Positions 34,302 through 47,700 of a stretch of DNA of 64,000 nt are shown here, in pieces. The stretch's first letter is position 1; every line of letters starts with the position of its first letter. The stretch comes from Squalus acanthias (taxonomy: Eukaryota), in the NCBI GenBank assembly GCA_030390025.1, contig CM059433.1:32676001-32740000 (forward strand), given 5' to 3'. The notes beneath the pieces are model-generated. The model made no database searches. It saw only the letters and a program-made list of their open reading frames with translations, and was not told the origin of the DNA. The translations under genes were made by a program, and so were the position numbers.

Positions 34302-37110
34302 GATTAAGGAAGACATTGTAGTGTTGGAAAGGGAGGATGTTCTTGAGGGGACAAGGACAGAATCCATTTGGTTAGAGTTGAGGAGCAAAAAGGGTATGAT
34401 CACGCTATTGGGGGTATTCTATGGGCCTCCAAATAGTGAGAGGGAGGTAGAGGAGCAAATCTGCAGGGAAATCGCAGAGATATGCAAGAGCTATAGCGTG
34501 GTGATATTGGGGGACTTTAATTACCCAAATATCGATTGGATAATGCTAGGGTAAAGGGAAAGGTGGGGGAGGAATTTCTGAAATGTGTTCAGGAGAATTT
34601 CCTTGACCAATATGTTCTTGGCCCAACTAGGAAGAGGCATTGCTGAATCTGGTACTGGTGAATGGGGTGGGCCAGATCGACAAAGTGTCTGTGGGTGAAC
34701 ACTTGGGTACAAGTGATCATCGTATCATAAGATTTAGATTAGCAATGGAGAGGAGCAAGGAACAATCTAGAGTGGAACTTCTAAACTGGAATAGGGATAA
34801 CTTCAATGGGATGCGAAAGGATCTAGCCAGGGTAAAATGGAACCAAAGACTGACAGGAAAAACTGTAATGGAACAATGGGTGATTTTAAGGAGGACATGT
34901 TCCAAGTACAGGCTAGGCACATTCCAACAAGAGGGAAGGGTAAGGGAACCAAAGCAAGGGCTCCTTGGATGACGAGGGAGATAGAGAAGATGATGAAACA
35001 AAAAAAAGGCTGTATGATGCATGTCAGGTGAATTCTTCAAGGGAGAACCAGACCAAATACAATAAGTTGAGAGGGGATGTGAAGATGAAAATAAAATTGG
35101 CAAAGAGAGAATATGAGAGTAGAATGGTGGTTAACATAAAAGGGAACCCAAAAATCTTCTACCGGCATGTAAACAGTAAGCGGGTAGTAAGAAGCGGGGT
35201 GGGGCCTATTCGAGACAAAGAAGGTGATATATGCTTAGAGGCGCAGGGCAAGGCTAGAATACTCAATGGGTACTTTGTATCGGTGTTTATTAAGGAGGTG
35301 GATGCTGACAAAATATCGGTAGAAGTGGAAAAGGTAGAAGCAATGGAAGGAGTGGATAGACAGGATGTACTAGAAAGGCTGGGTATGCTTAGAGTGGACA
35401 AGTCGCCTGGTCCAGATGGCTTGCATCCCAGGTTGCTAAGGGAATTGGGGGAGGAGATGGCGGAAGGGCTTGCCATAATTTTCCAATCTTCCCTAGATGC
35501 GGGGGAGGTGCCTGAGGAATGGAAAGTGGCAAATGTGACACCATTGTTCAAGAAAGGGTGTAAGGACAATCCTAATAACTACAGGCCGGTCAGTTTAACA
35601 TCAGTGGTGGGTAAAGTTTTAGAAACAATAATCAAGGAAAAAAATTAACGGGCATTTTGAGAGGTTTAAGCTAATTAAGGAGAGCCAACATGGGTTTGTA
35701 AAAGGCAGATTGTGTTTGACTAATCTAATTGAATTTTTTGATGAAGTAAAAAGAGAATTGATGAAGGGAATGCAATGATGTTGCCTACATGGATTTTCGG
35801 AAGGCGTTTGACAAAGTACCACATAGAAGGCTGGTTAACTAAATTGAGGCTCATGGAATAGGTGGGTCAGTGGCAGCTGACCTTAATAAGGAATTGGCTT
35901 AAGGACAGAAAACAGCAAGTTGTGGTAAATGGCTGTTTTCAGACTTGATGATGGTAGACAGTGGTGTTCCCCAAGTGTCAGTGCTGGGGCCACTGCTTTT
36001 TTTGATATACATAAATGACCTGGATATTGGAATACAGAGTAGAATTTCTAAATCTGCCAATGACACCAAACTTGCGGGGGGGAAAACAGTGATGAAGAGA
36101 TTAATCGACTGCAACAGGACACAGAAAGGCTAGCAGAAAGGGCAGACAAGTGGCAGATGGAATTTAATACAGAGAAGTGTGAGGTGATGCATTTTGGTAG
36201 AAGGAACAGGGAGAGGCAATATACACTTAATGGCACAGTTTTAAAGAGTGTGCAGGGACAGAGGGACCTGGAAGTTAATGTGCATAGGTCCCTGAAGGTG
36301 GCAGGACATATTAAGAGAGTGGTTAACAAAACATATGGGATCTTGGGCTTCATAAATAAAGGTATTGAGTACAAAATTAGAGAAGTTATGCTGAACCTTT
36401 ATAAAGCGCTGGTTAGGCCACGACTGGAGTATTGCATCCAGTTCTGGTCACTACACTTTAGGAAGGACGTGAAGGCCCTTGAGAGGGTGCAGAGGAGATT
36501 TACCAGAATGGTTCCGGGATGGGGGATCGTAGCTACAAGAACAGGTTGGAGAAGCTGGATTTGTTTTCATTAGAGCAAAGGAGGTTGAGGGGTGATTTGA
36601 TAGAGGTGTACAAGATTATGACGGGTTTGGATAGGCTAGACGGGGAAAGGCTGTTCCCACTAGTTGATGGTACAAGGACTAGGGGACACAGATTTAAGGT
36701 TTTGGGCAAGAGATACAGGGGGATGTGAGGGAAACTTTTTTACGCAACGAGTGGTGATGACCTGGACTTCGCTGCCGATGGAAGTGGTGGAAGCGGAGAC
36801 ACTCAATGTTTTCAGGGGGACACTAGCTAGGCACTTGAGGGAAATAAACTTGCAGGACTATGGGCATAGAGCGGGGGAATGGGACTGACTGGATTGCTCT
36901 ACAGAGAACCGGCACGGACTCGATGGGACAAATGGCCTCCTTCTGTGCCGTAATGACTCTATGTAGATTTAAGCAGGTTGGTTGAGTTAAACTGTGACTG
37001 GAGAAGCAAAGAACATGAACAGCGAATTAGTTATGCTGAAGTGAGACTAAAGAATAACACCTTTAGTATAATAGCATAGGGAGGATGCTTTTGCAGCAGC
37101 AAAACATCTT

Positions 37111-37203
37111 GGCTAGAAATTCATCTCAGGAGGTGGCGTAAAACAGGTGGCCGATCCAATCCCGCTTGTTTTGCACCACCACCCGAGACAAATTCCTACC
37201 CCC
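37111..37203. mobile_element. About 95-bp hairpin MITE
   Basis: TCTCAGGAGGTGGCGTAAAACAGGTGG pairs imperfectly with CCGCTTGTTTTGCACCACCACCCGAGA. Confidence 0.55.
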
Positions 37204-37313
37204 TTGAGTTGAGGTGGTCATAAAAGGTACTCTCATCATTTGTGGCATAGCTTCAACCCTTGATGCTTTATTTGCCTTCTAACACACTCCAGACAATGTG
37301 TTCTATAAATTTA

Positions 37314-38054
37314 GGCCTAGAATTTGCTGCCAAAATAACGGCAAGTTTAATGCACCCACCGCTATTCATCTGTAAATTGTCCCGCAATTTGTGGCGAGTA
37401 AGAAATACGTTGTGAGTTGCGACTCACCACAAGTTGCTGGATAATTTGTGCCACTCCACCGTTAGGCTCGCGTAAACGGAAGCTCGCCCTCAACCTCCCC
37501 GTGAGTTTCATGAAATTGCTACATTTGTGGGTAATTGCCCATTATACTCACCACAGAATGTTAGGGCTAAGTAGCCTTTTATTGATGAGATTTATGTTTC
37601 TGCAATGCCACTCAACCTCTCCAGCCCAGAAAGGGAACAATTTAAACTGCGGTGACTCATTCCTACAGGTAGTAAATTGTTGTTCGAGATTTTTTAAATT
37701 TGAAATTATTATTTTTTTTAACTTTCTTACTTTTCTTTTCTTTACTCTTTTTTTCTCTCTTTCTTAGTCCAATCTTTATTTCCCTCTCTTTATTTTTCTT
37801 TCTGTACCTGGTTTGACTCCAATTCACCCTATTTCCTTCTCAATAATTCCTCTGTTTCTTTCTCAATCCTTAAATCTCATTGGTTAAGGAGATAGAATGT
37901 TGTTCACCAAGGTCACAGATGCCCCATTGCCCTCACTGCGCCATTATCAGCTCTCACTTACAAGGCACAACTTTTTCGAGCTGTAGGGTGAGGGGAGGAA
38001 AGTCTAATTAGTGGGGCACGCCATGAGATGCTCCACTCCAGCAAATTCTGGACC
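37314..38054 (+). mobile_element. PIF/Harbinger-type MITE
   Basis: TIR GGCCTAGAATTTGC / GCAAATTCTGGACC; TSD TTA on both sides. Confidence 0.8.
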
Positions 38055-38084
38055 TTAGTTTTGTCCTTAATGACTTTGTATATG

Positions 38085-38465
38085 AGCTTAGCTCAGTTAG
38101 TAGTGCTGTTTCAAGTCCAACTTGAGGGCATGAGTCTATGATCAATGCTGCCATTCTGATGCAGAAACGAGGGAGTGCTGTGTTGTGGAAGGTGCTGTCC
38201 TTCTGGTGAGAGCTTCAACTGAAAATCTGTCTGTTCTGCATTGATGACACAATTTGAAGAAGAATTTTCCCAAATATCCCCAAAAGCATAGCTCAACCAA
38301 TGTCACCAGAAAACAGATTGGATAGTTATACATCACATTGCTCTTTCTGGGATGTTGGTGGTGCAGGATAGCTCTTGTGTTTCTACATTCAGTCATTGCA
38401 TTCCAGAAGTAATTCATTATATGAATTGCTTTGAGCTGTTTGGCATGATAAGGTGCTACGTAAGT
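38085..38465 (+). mobile_element. Diverged Deu-domain SINE
   Basis: GCTTAGCTCAGTT..TTCAAGTCC head, GAGGGAGTGCTG body, AAGGTGCTACGTAAGT tail. Confidence 0.55.
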
Positions 38466-38966
38466 ATATTACTATTAACTACCTCCCAAGTCATTCCATT
38501 GATGGGCCTTTTCTAAGAAAAGATAACAAATCCGAACAGAACTATGGTTCTGGTGTGGATTGATGGGTCTTCTCAGGACATTTAATACCGAAAGCAAACA
38601 GTTACTGTTTGTCAACATATCTAGTACACCTGCAGATCCATGCCTTCAGACAGATTAATTTCCCCGTTCTACACAGTCGAAAGCGAGATGAAAGACAACA
38701 ATTACCTGGTCCTTCTGTGATCATTCAGCCTCACTTATGTTTTTATGATCTCTATCTCTAACATTTGAGCTCCAAATAAGGAAGAAGCAAAAGAATGTTA
38801 CTTTCCAGGAACATAATAGCACTTTAAAAGGATGCCGTCTTCATAAAAATAAAATGCCAAACTTTTTCCCATTGGTTTACAAACACACAGTGCAACATAT
38901 GCAATGTAGCAGTGCATCATTATGTGACATCATTGTGATGAACATCTTTGTTACAAATTCATCCGT

Positions 38967-39696
38967 GGCCCAGATTTTGCTGGAGCAGGGCATCTTGCGG
39001 TGTGCTCCGCTAGTTAGACTTTTCCCCTCATCCTTGAGCTCGAAAAAGTTTTGCACTGTTAGTTACTGGAAGTGTGAGCTGATAAACTGAGTGAGGGCAA
39101 CGGGGCATCTGGGATCTTGGTGAATGACGGGACCAACAGTCTATCTCCTTAACCAATGAGATTTAAGGACTGAGAAAGAAACAGAGGAACGACAGAGAAG
39201 GAAATAGGGTGAATTCAATGCCCAATCAGGTACAGAAAGGGAAATAAAGAGAGGGAAAGAAAGATTGGATTAAAAGAGTGAGAAAAAAAATTAAAAATGC
39301 AACATTTAACATATTTTAAATCTCTAAAAGAATTTACTAACAGCAGGAATGAGACTCAACAGTTGAAATTATTCCCTTTCTGGGACTGATAGTTTGATTT
39401 GCTTTATCAGTTACCACAACATCAAAAGTGTACGTGCGCTGTTAAGTACTGGCTCTAACTTTCTGCGGCGAGTTTAATTCACGTTTAATGTGCAAATCCA
39501 ACAAGTTCTTAAAAATCACTGGGAGGTTGAGGGCGAGCTGCCGTTTTCATAGGGCTAACGGTGGAGGGGCGCAAATCGTCCAGCAATTTATGGAGTTTTG
39601 CAAATCATGGGGTATCTCTTCCTCGCCACAAATTGCTGGGTGACTTACGGCAAGTGCCATTAAACTTGCCATTAGTTTGACAGCAACTTCTGGGCC
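38967..39696 (-). mobile_element. PIF/Harbinger-type MITE, inverted relative of 37314-38054
   Basis: CTATCTCCTTAACCAATGAGATTTAAGGA is the reverse complement of about 37867-37895; TIR GGCCCAGA. Confidence 0.78.
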
Positions 39697-40149
39697 CACG
39701 AGTCTCCAGTAGGTATTCCTTTGGGTTCCGCATCACTGGTCACTTCGATAAGTTGATCTCACATCCCCGGCAAACAGGAGAGTACATTTGCTACTCATTA
39801 TCTCGTTAAAATGACAGTGTGATCCGTGAATAGTAACAATCGACCCCTCGTTGCATGTACTGGATAGATGAAGCATGATTGTAACCTGGCAAACTGATTT
39901 ATTTATATTAAATAGAAGAATGAACGGAATGCAGTTTTCATTGCAAAATTCATCTCTTCCGTATTGCTCTTTGTATTATTAAAAATAAAAAAAATGCTAC
40001 TTATAATGGGTTGAGTTCATTTAAAAGCTCGAAATTGCAAAACTGGTGTTAACCTTTTCTCATACCAGCAGTACATTTTCATTCTTCAGCCTGGAGTCTC
40101 ACTGCATCTTTCTGGCTGCCTCAGTGTCAGACAGCTCTTGACTGCCTTC

Positions 40150-40389
40150 TACAGACAGAGAGAAAGACAGAGACAGAGACAGAGAGAGACAGAAACAGAG
40201 AGAGACAGAGAGAGACAGAGACAGAGACAGAACCAGAGCCAGAGACAGAGACAGAGAGAGACAGAAACAGAGAGAGACAGAGAGAGACAGAGACAGAGAC
40301 AGAACCAGAGCCAGAGACAGAGACAGAGAGAGACAGAAACAGAGAGAGACAGAGAGAGAGACAGAACCAGAGCCAGAGACAGAGACAGA
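40150..40389 (+). repeat. AG/AC compound microsatellite with 72-bp period
   Basis: ACAGAAAC recurs at 40189, 40261 and 40333. Confidence 0.9.
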
Positions 40390-41186
40390 GGCCGGAATTT
40401 TAATTTGGAGTCTGGTAGAGAACGGGGTTGGGGGGAGGGGGGTGGCTGGAAAACAGTCGGGAAACCCGGGAGAATGGGTTTCCCTCAGGTCCTCCCGAAT
40501 TTAACGGCAGGGACTGATTAACATTTTGTTTCTCTGTTTCCCGCCTGCAGCCAGCCAGATTGAGAGGCTGGCTGGCTGTCAGATGGTTAGCAGAGAGGAG
40601 GGTTGGAGGCCGGAGATCGGGGAGGGGTAGGAAGGCCGGGATTGGAGGGGGTCAGAGATCGGAGGCCGAAGTGGGGATCAGAAGCTGGGGGCCAAGGATC
40701 AGAGGATGGGGAGGGTGTCTGTGGCCGATTGCCGAGGATCGGAGGCTGGAGACGGGATCGGAGATCAGAGGCCTCGTTGGGGGGGGGCGGAGAGGAGGGG
40801 CAGTGGTCGGAGGTCTCGGTGGGGGGGTGGGGGGGAGTCAGGGGGAGATTGGAAGAGTCGGGAGGGTGTCCGATCGCGGGGTGTTGGGCAGGCAGGAACG
40901 CTGGATCCAGCAGGTGAGTGGAAAGGCAATTACTCCTGGATCCAGCAGTCCTCGCCTTCCTTTAGCTGGCAGGTTCCCCGAGCCACGGAAGCCCCGCCCC
41001 TCAGAGTTAAATTTAAAATGGAACTTCAAAGTGAGTCGCGCAGCCTCATTATAACATTTAAAGTGCCAACCCGACTCCTGGGAGCAGGTTGACTGCCTGC
41101 ACCCCCATCGCACCACCGTTGAAACTGGAAGTGGGCGGGTTGGAAGTGGGTTGGGGTTGGGATTTTTGGGGGTTAAAATTCCCCCC
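40390..41186. mobile_element. Harbinger-type MITE with G-rich interior
   Basis: TIR GGCCGGAATTTTAA / TTAAAATTCCCCCC; TSD AGA; the microsatellite resumes after it. Confidence 0.7.
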
Positions 41187-41799
41187 AGAGACAGAGACAG
41201 AGATAGAGAAAAGCACAAAGTTTTACCTCTGACCAAATCCGCGACTATGTAGGATAGGGATTGGTCAATTGAAGAAACAATTAAAGTTACCACATTGAAT
41301 TAAAATCCTCTTCCTTTGGAGGGAAGCTGGGGCCAGTTGTATGCCTCTACATCGAAGCCTCTCTGCTCGGCATAGTGAATGGAAACCAGTTCAAATACCA
41401 GGGTGCAAGCTGCTTGGGGATATGATCAATCGATTCCCAGTGTCTCAAAACTAGCATGTTAAACAAAAGTAAACACTATTAATGGCTGTTCACAATTCCC
41501 ATTGGGATAGCACGATAATGCTTCCAAGGAAATATTGTCAGGCTTCTTACTGCTAATTCAGAACAGTATGCCGAGGCTCTAAGGATTACGTTTTAGGAAA
41601 CTAAACCTGACCTTATATCAGTGCAACAATGGCCTGGAAGTTAACATAGATCAGACCATTGTGTTTCCTGATCCCCCAGTGGCGACAGAATGAAGCAATG
41701 TGATGGAAAAGTAATTAGAATGCACCACACAGAGTATAGAGGCAGATCAGACAGGGAGTAGCAAAGGGATAGAATCGTAGAATCATAATAAAATAAAAT

Positions 41800-44700
41800 A
41801 AATCACAGAAACAATCACAGGATCAACCATAGAATCAATCATAGAAACAATCACAGGACCAATCATAGAATCAATCATAGAATCAATCATGCGATCTATC
41901 ATAGAATCAATCATAGGATCAATCATAGAATCAATCATAGAATCAATCAGCGGATCAATCAAATGATCAATAATTGAATCAATCATAGAATCAATCATAG
42001 AATCAATCACATGATCAATCATAGAAACAATCACAGGCTTAAACATAAATTCAATCACAGAATCAATCATAGGATCAATCATAGAATCAATCACAGGATC
42101 AATCAGAGAAGCAATCATAGATCAATCATAGTATCAATCAGAGAATCAATTACAGGATCAATCATAGAATTAATCAGAGGAGCAATCATAGAATCAAACA
42201 TAGAATCAATCATAGAAACAATCATAGAATTAATCATAGGATCAATCCTAGAATCAATCAAAGGATCAATCATAGAATCAATCACAGGATCAATCATTGA
42301 ATCTAACATAGAATCAATCACAGGATCAATCATAGAATAAATCATAGAATCAAACACCGGAACAATAATAGGATCAATCATAGAATCAATCATAGAATCA
42401 ATCACAGGATCAATCATTGAATCTAACATAAAATCAATCACATGATCAATCATAGGATCAATCATAGAATCAATCATAGAAACAATCACAGGTTTAATCT
42501 TGTATCAATCATAGAATCAATCATAGAATCAATCACATAATCAATCATAGAATCAATCACAGGATCAATCACAGAATCAATCACAGGATCAATCACAGGA
42601 GCAATCATTGAAACAATCATAGAATCAATCATAGAATCAATCATAGAATCAATCATAGAAGCAATCATAGAAGCAATCACAGGATCAATCATAGAATCAA
42701 TCACAGGATCAATCATGGAATCAATCATAGAATCAATCATAGAATCAATCATAGAAGCAATCATAGAAGCAATCATAGAATCTTCATAGTATCAATCAGA
42801 GAATCAATCAAAGGATCAATCATAGAATCAAACATAGAATCAATCATAGAAGCAACCATAGAATCAATCATAGGATCAATCACAGGATCAATCATAGAAG
42901 CAATCATAGAATTAATCATAGGATCAATCCTAGAATCAATCAAAGGATCAATCATAGAATCAATCACAGGATCAATCATAGAATCAATTATAGAATCAAA
43001 CACCGGATCAATAATAGGATCAATCATAGAATCAATCATAGAATCAATCACAGGATCAATCATTGAATCTAACATAGAATCAATCACACGATCAGTCATA
43101 GGATTAATCATAGAATCAAACATACAATCAATCACATGATCAATCATAGAATTAATCATAGAATCAATCATCGGATCAATAATAGTATCAATCATAGAAT
43201 CAATCAAAGAATCAATCACATAATCAATCATAGAATCAATCACAGGATCAATCATAGAAGCAATCATATAAGCAATCATAGAATCTTCATAGTATCAATC
43301 AGAGAATCAATCAAAGGATCAAGCATAGAATCAAACATAGAATCAATCATAGAAGCAACCATAGAATCAATCATAGGATCAATCACAGGATCAATCGTAG
43401 AAGCAATCATAGAATTAATCATAGCATCAATCCTAGAATCAATCAAAGGATCAATCATAGAATCAATCACAAGATCAATCATAGAATCAATTATAGAATC
43501 AAACACCGGATCAATAATAGGATCAATCATAGAATCAATCATAGAATCAATCACAGGATCAATCATAGAATCAATTATAGAATCAAACACCGGATCAATA
43601 ATAGGATCAATCATAGAATCAAACATACAATCAATCACAGGATCAATCATAGATTTAATCATAGAATCAATCATCGGATCAATAATAGTATCAATCATAG
43701 AATCAATCAAAGAATCAATCACATAATCAATCATAGAATCAATCACAGGATCAATCATAGAATCAATTATAGAATCAAACACCGGATCAATAATAGGATC
43801 AATCATAGAATCAAACATACAATCAATCACAGGATCAATCATAGATTTAATCATAGAATCAATCATCGGATCAATAATAGTATCAATCAAAGAATCAATC
43901 ATTGAATCAATCATAAGATCAAGCATAGAATCAATCACACGATTAAACAGAATCAATCTTAAAATCAATCATAGAATTAATCAAAGGATCAAGCAAAGTA
44001 TCAATCACAGGATCAATCATAGAATCAATCATAAAATCAATTAACTGATCAATCATAGAATCAATCATAGGATCAACCATAGGATCAATCATATAATCAA
44101 TCACAGGATCGATCACAGGATCAATCATTGAATCAATCATAGAAGCAAACATAGGATCAATCATAGAATAAATCATAGAATCAATCATAGGATCAATCAT
44201 AGGATCAATCATAAAATCAATCATAGGATCAATCACAGGATCAATCATTGAATCAATCATAGAAACAGCAATAGCATCAATGATAGGATCAATAATAGAA
44301 TCAATCACAGGATCAATCATCGAATCAATCACGGGATCAATCATAGGATCAATCATAGAATCAATCATTGGATCAATCATAGGATCAATCATAGAAGCAA
44401 TCATAGAATTAATCATAGGATCAATCCTAGAATCAATCAAAGGATCAATCATAGAATCAATCACAGGATCAATCATAGAATCAATTATAGAATCAAACAC
44501 CAGATCAATAATAGGATCAATCATAGAATCAATCAGAGAATCAATCACAGCATCAATCTTTGAATCTAAAATAGAATCAATCACATGATCAATCACAGGA
44601 TCAATCATAGAATTAATCATACAAGCAATCATCGAATCAATCATAGAATCAATCACAGGATGAATCATAGAATCAATCACAGGATCAATCATAGAATCAA

Positions 44701-47700
44701 TCATAGAATCAATCATAGAATCAATCATGGAAGCAATCATAGAATCAGCAAAAGCATCAATGATAGGATCAATAATAGAATCAATCACAGGATCAATCAT
44801 AGAATCAATCACAGGATCAATCATAGGATCAATCACAGGATCAATCATAGAATCAATCATAGAAGCAACCACAGAAGCAATCATAGAATCAATCATAGTA
44901 TCAATCAGAGAATCAATCAAAGGATCTATCATAGAATCAAACATAGAATCAATCAAAGGATCAATCATAGAATCAATTATAGAATCAATAATAGAATCAA
45001 TCATAGAAGCAATCAAAGAAGCAATCATAGAATCAATCATAGTATCAATCAGATAATCAATCACAGGATCAATCATAGAATAAATCATAGCATCAATCAT
45101 AAAATCAATCATAGGATCAATCACAGGATCAATAATTGAATCAATCATAGAAACAGCAATAGCATCAATGATAGAATCAATAATAGACTCAATCACAGGA
45201 TCAATCATCGAATCAATCACAGGATCAATCATAGGATCAATCATAGAATCAATCTTTGGATCAATCATAGAATCAATCACATAATCAATCAAAGAATTAA
45301 TCATAGAATCAATCATAGGATCAACCATAGAATCAATCATAGTATCAATCACAGGATCAATCATTGAATCAATCACAGGATCAATCATAGAATCAATCAT
45401 AGAATCAATCATAGAATCAGTCATAGAAGCAATCAGATAATCAATGAAAGGATCAATCATAGAATCAAACATAGGATCAATCCTAGAATCAATCAAAGGA
45501 TCAATCATATAATCAATCACAGGATCAATCATAGAATCAATTATAGAATCAAACACCGGATCAATAATAGGATCAATCATAGAATCAATCATAGAATCAA
45601 TCACAGGATCAATCATTGAATCTAACATAGAATCAATCACACGATCAATCATAGGATTAATCATAGAATCAAACATACAATCAATCACAGGATCAATCAT
45701 AGAATTAATCATAGAATCAATCATAGAAACAATCACAGGTTTAATCATAGTATCAATCATAGAATCAATCATAGAATCAATCACATAATCAATCATAGAA
45801 TCAATCACAGGATCAATCATATAATCAATCAAAGAATCAATCATTGAATCAATCATAAGATCAAGCATAGAATCAATCACATGATTAAACAGAATCAATC
45901 TTAAAATCAAACATAGAATTAATCAAAGGATCAAGCAAAGTATCAATCACAGGATCAATCATAGAATCAATCATAGAATCAATCATAGGATCAATCATAG
46001 GATCAATCATAGAATCAATCACAGGATCGATCACAGGATCAATCATTGAATCAATCATAAAAGCAAACATAGGATCAATCACAGGATCAATAATTGAATC
46101 AATCATAGAAACAGCAATAGCATCAATGACAGAATCAACAATAGAATCAATCACAGGATCAATCATCGAATCAATCACGGGATCAATCATAGGATCAATC
46201 ATAGAATCAATCATTGGATCAATCATAGGATCAATCATAGAAGCAATCATAGAATTAATCATAGGATCAATCCTAGAATCAATCAAAGGATCAATCATAG
46301 AATGAATCACAGGATCAATCATAGAATCAATTATAGAATCAAACACCAGATCAATAATAGGATCAATCATAGAATCAATCAGAGAATCAATCACAGCATC
46401 AATCCTTGAATCTAAAATAGAATCAATCACATGATCAATCACAGGATCAATCATAGAATTAATCATACAAGCAATCATCGAATCAATCATAGAATCAATC
46501 ACAGGATGAATCATAGAATCAATCACAGGATCAATCATAGAATCAATCATAGAATCAATCATAGAATCAATCATGGAAGCAATCATAGAATCAGCAAAAG
46601 CATCAATGATAGGATCAATAATAGAATCAATCACAGGATCAATCATAGAATCAATCACAGGATCAATCATAGGATCAATCACAGGATCAATCATGGAATC
46701 AATCATAGAAGCAACCACAGAAGCAATCATAGAATCAATAATAGTATCAATCAGAGAATCAATCAAAGGATCTATCATAGAATCAAACATAGAATCAATC
46801 AAAGGATCAATCATAGAATCAATTATAGAATCAATAATAGAATCAATCATAGAAGCAATCATAGAAGCAATCATAGAATCAATCATAGTATCAATCAGAT
46901 AATCAATCACAGGATCAATCATAGAATAAATCATAGCATCAATCATAAAATCAATCATAGGATCAATCACAGGATCAATAATTGAATCAATCATAGAAAC
47001 AGCAATAGCATCAATGATAGAATCAATAATAGACTCAATCACTGGATCAATCATCGAATCAATCACATGATCAATCATAGGATCAAACATAGAATCAATC
47101 TTTGGATCAATCATAGAATCAATCACATAATCAATCATAGGATCAATCACAGGATCAATAATTGAATCAATCATAGAAACAGCAATAGCATCAATGATAG
47201 AATCAATAATAGAATCAATCACATGACCAATCATCGAATCAATCACAGGATCAATCATAGGATCAATCACAGGATCAATCATAGGATCAATCATAGAATC
47301 AATCATAGAATCAATCATTGAATCAATCATAGAATCAATCATAGGATCAATCACAGGATCAATCGTAGAAGCAATCATAGAATTAATCATAGGATCAATC
47401 CTAGAATCAATCAAAGGATCAATCATAGAATCAATCACAGGATCAATCATAGAATCAATTATAGAATCAAACACCGGATCAATAATAGGGTCAATCATAG
47501 AATCAATCATAGAATCAATCACAGGATCAATCATTGAATCTAACATAGAATCAATCACACGATCAATCATAGGATTAATCATAGAATCAAACATACAATC
47601 AATCACAGGATCAATCATAGAATTAATCATAGAATCAATCATCGGATCAATAATAGTATCAATCATAGAATCAATCAAAGAATCAATCACATAATCAATC

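Larger units (their letters stand above)
33938..36888 (+). pseudogene. CR1 ORF2 (AP endonuclease + reverse transcriptase), multiple frameshifts
   Basis: YVNAQS, GGGVAV, LGDFNYP, SDH, KSPGPDG, NYRPVSLTS, SGVPQ, YINDLD, RGDLIEVYK. Confidence 0.92.
28800..36963 (+). mobile_element. Essentially full-length CR1 LINE (interrupted by RTE and PLE fragment)
   Basis: Tandem-repeat 5' UTR, ORF1, APE-RT ORF2, 3' UTR ending ATGACTCTATG. Confidence 0.93.

Noticed and set aside
40138..41293. R/Q/E-rich and Gly-rich ORFs
   Set aside because: Translations of a microsatellite and a G-rich MITE interior
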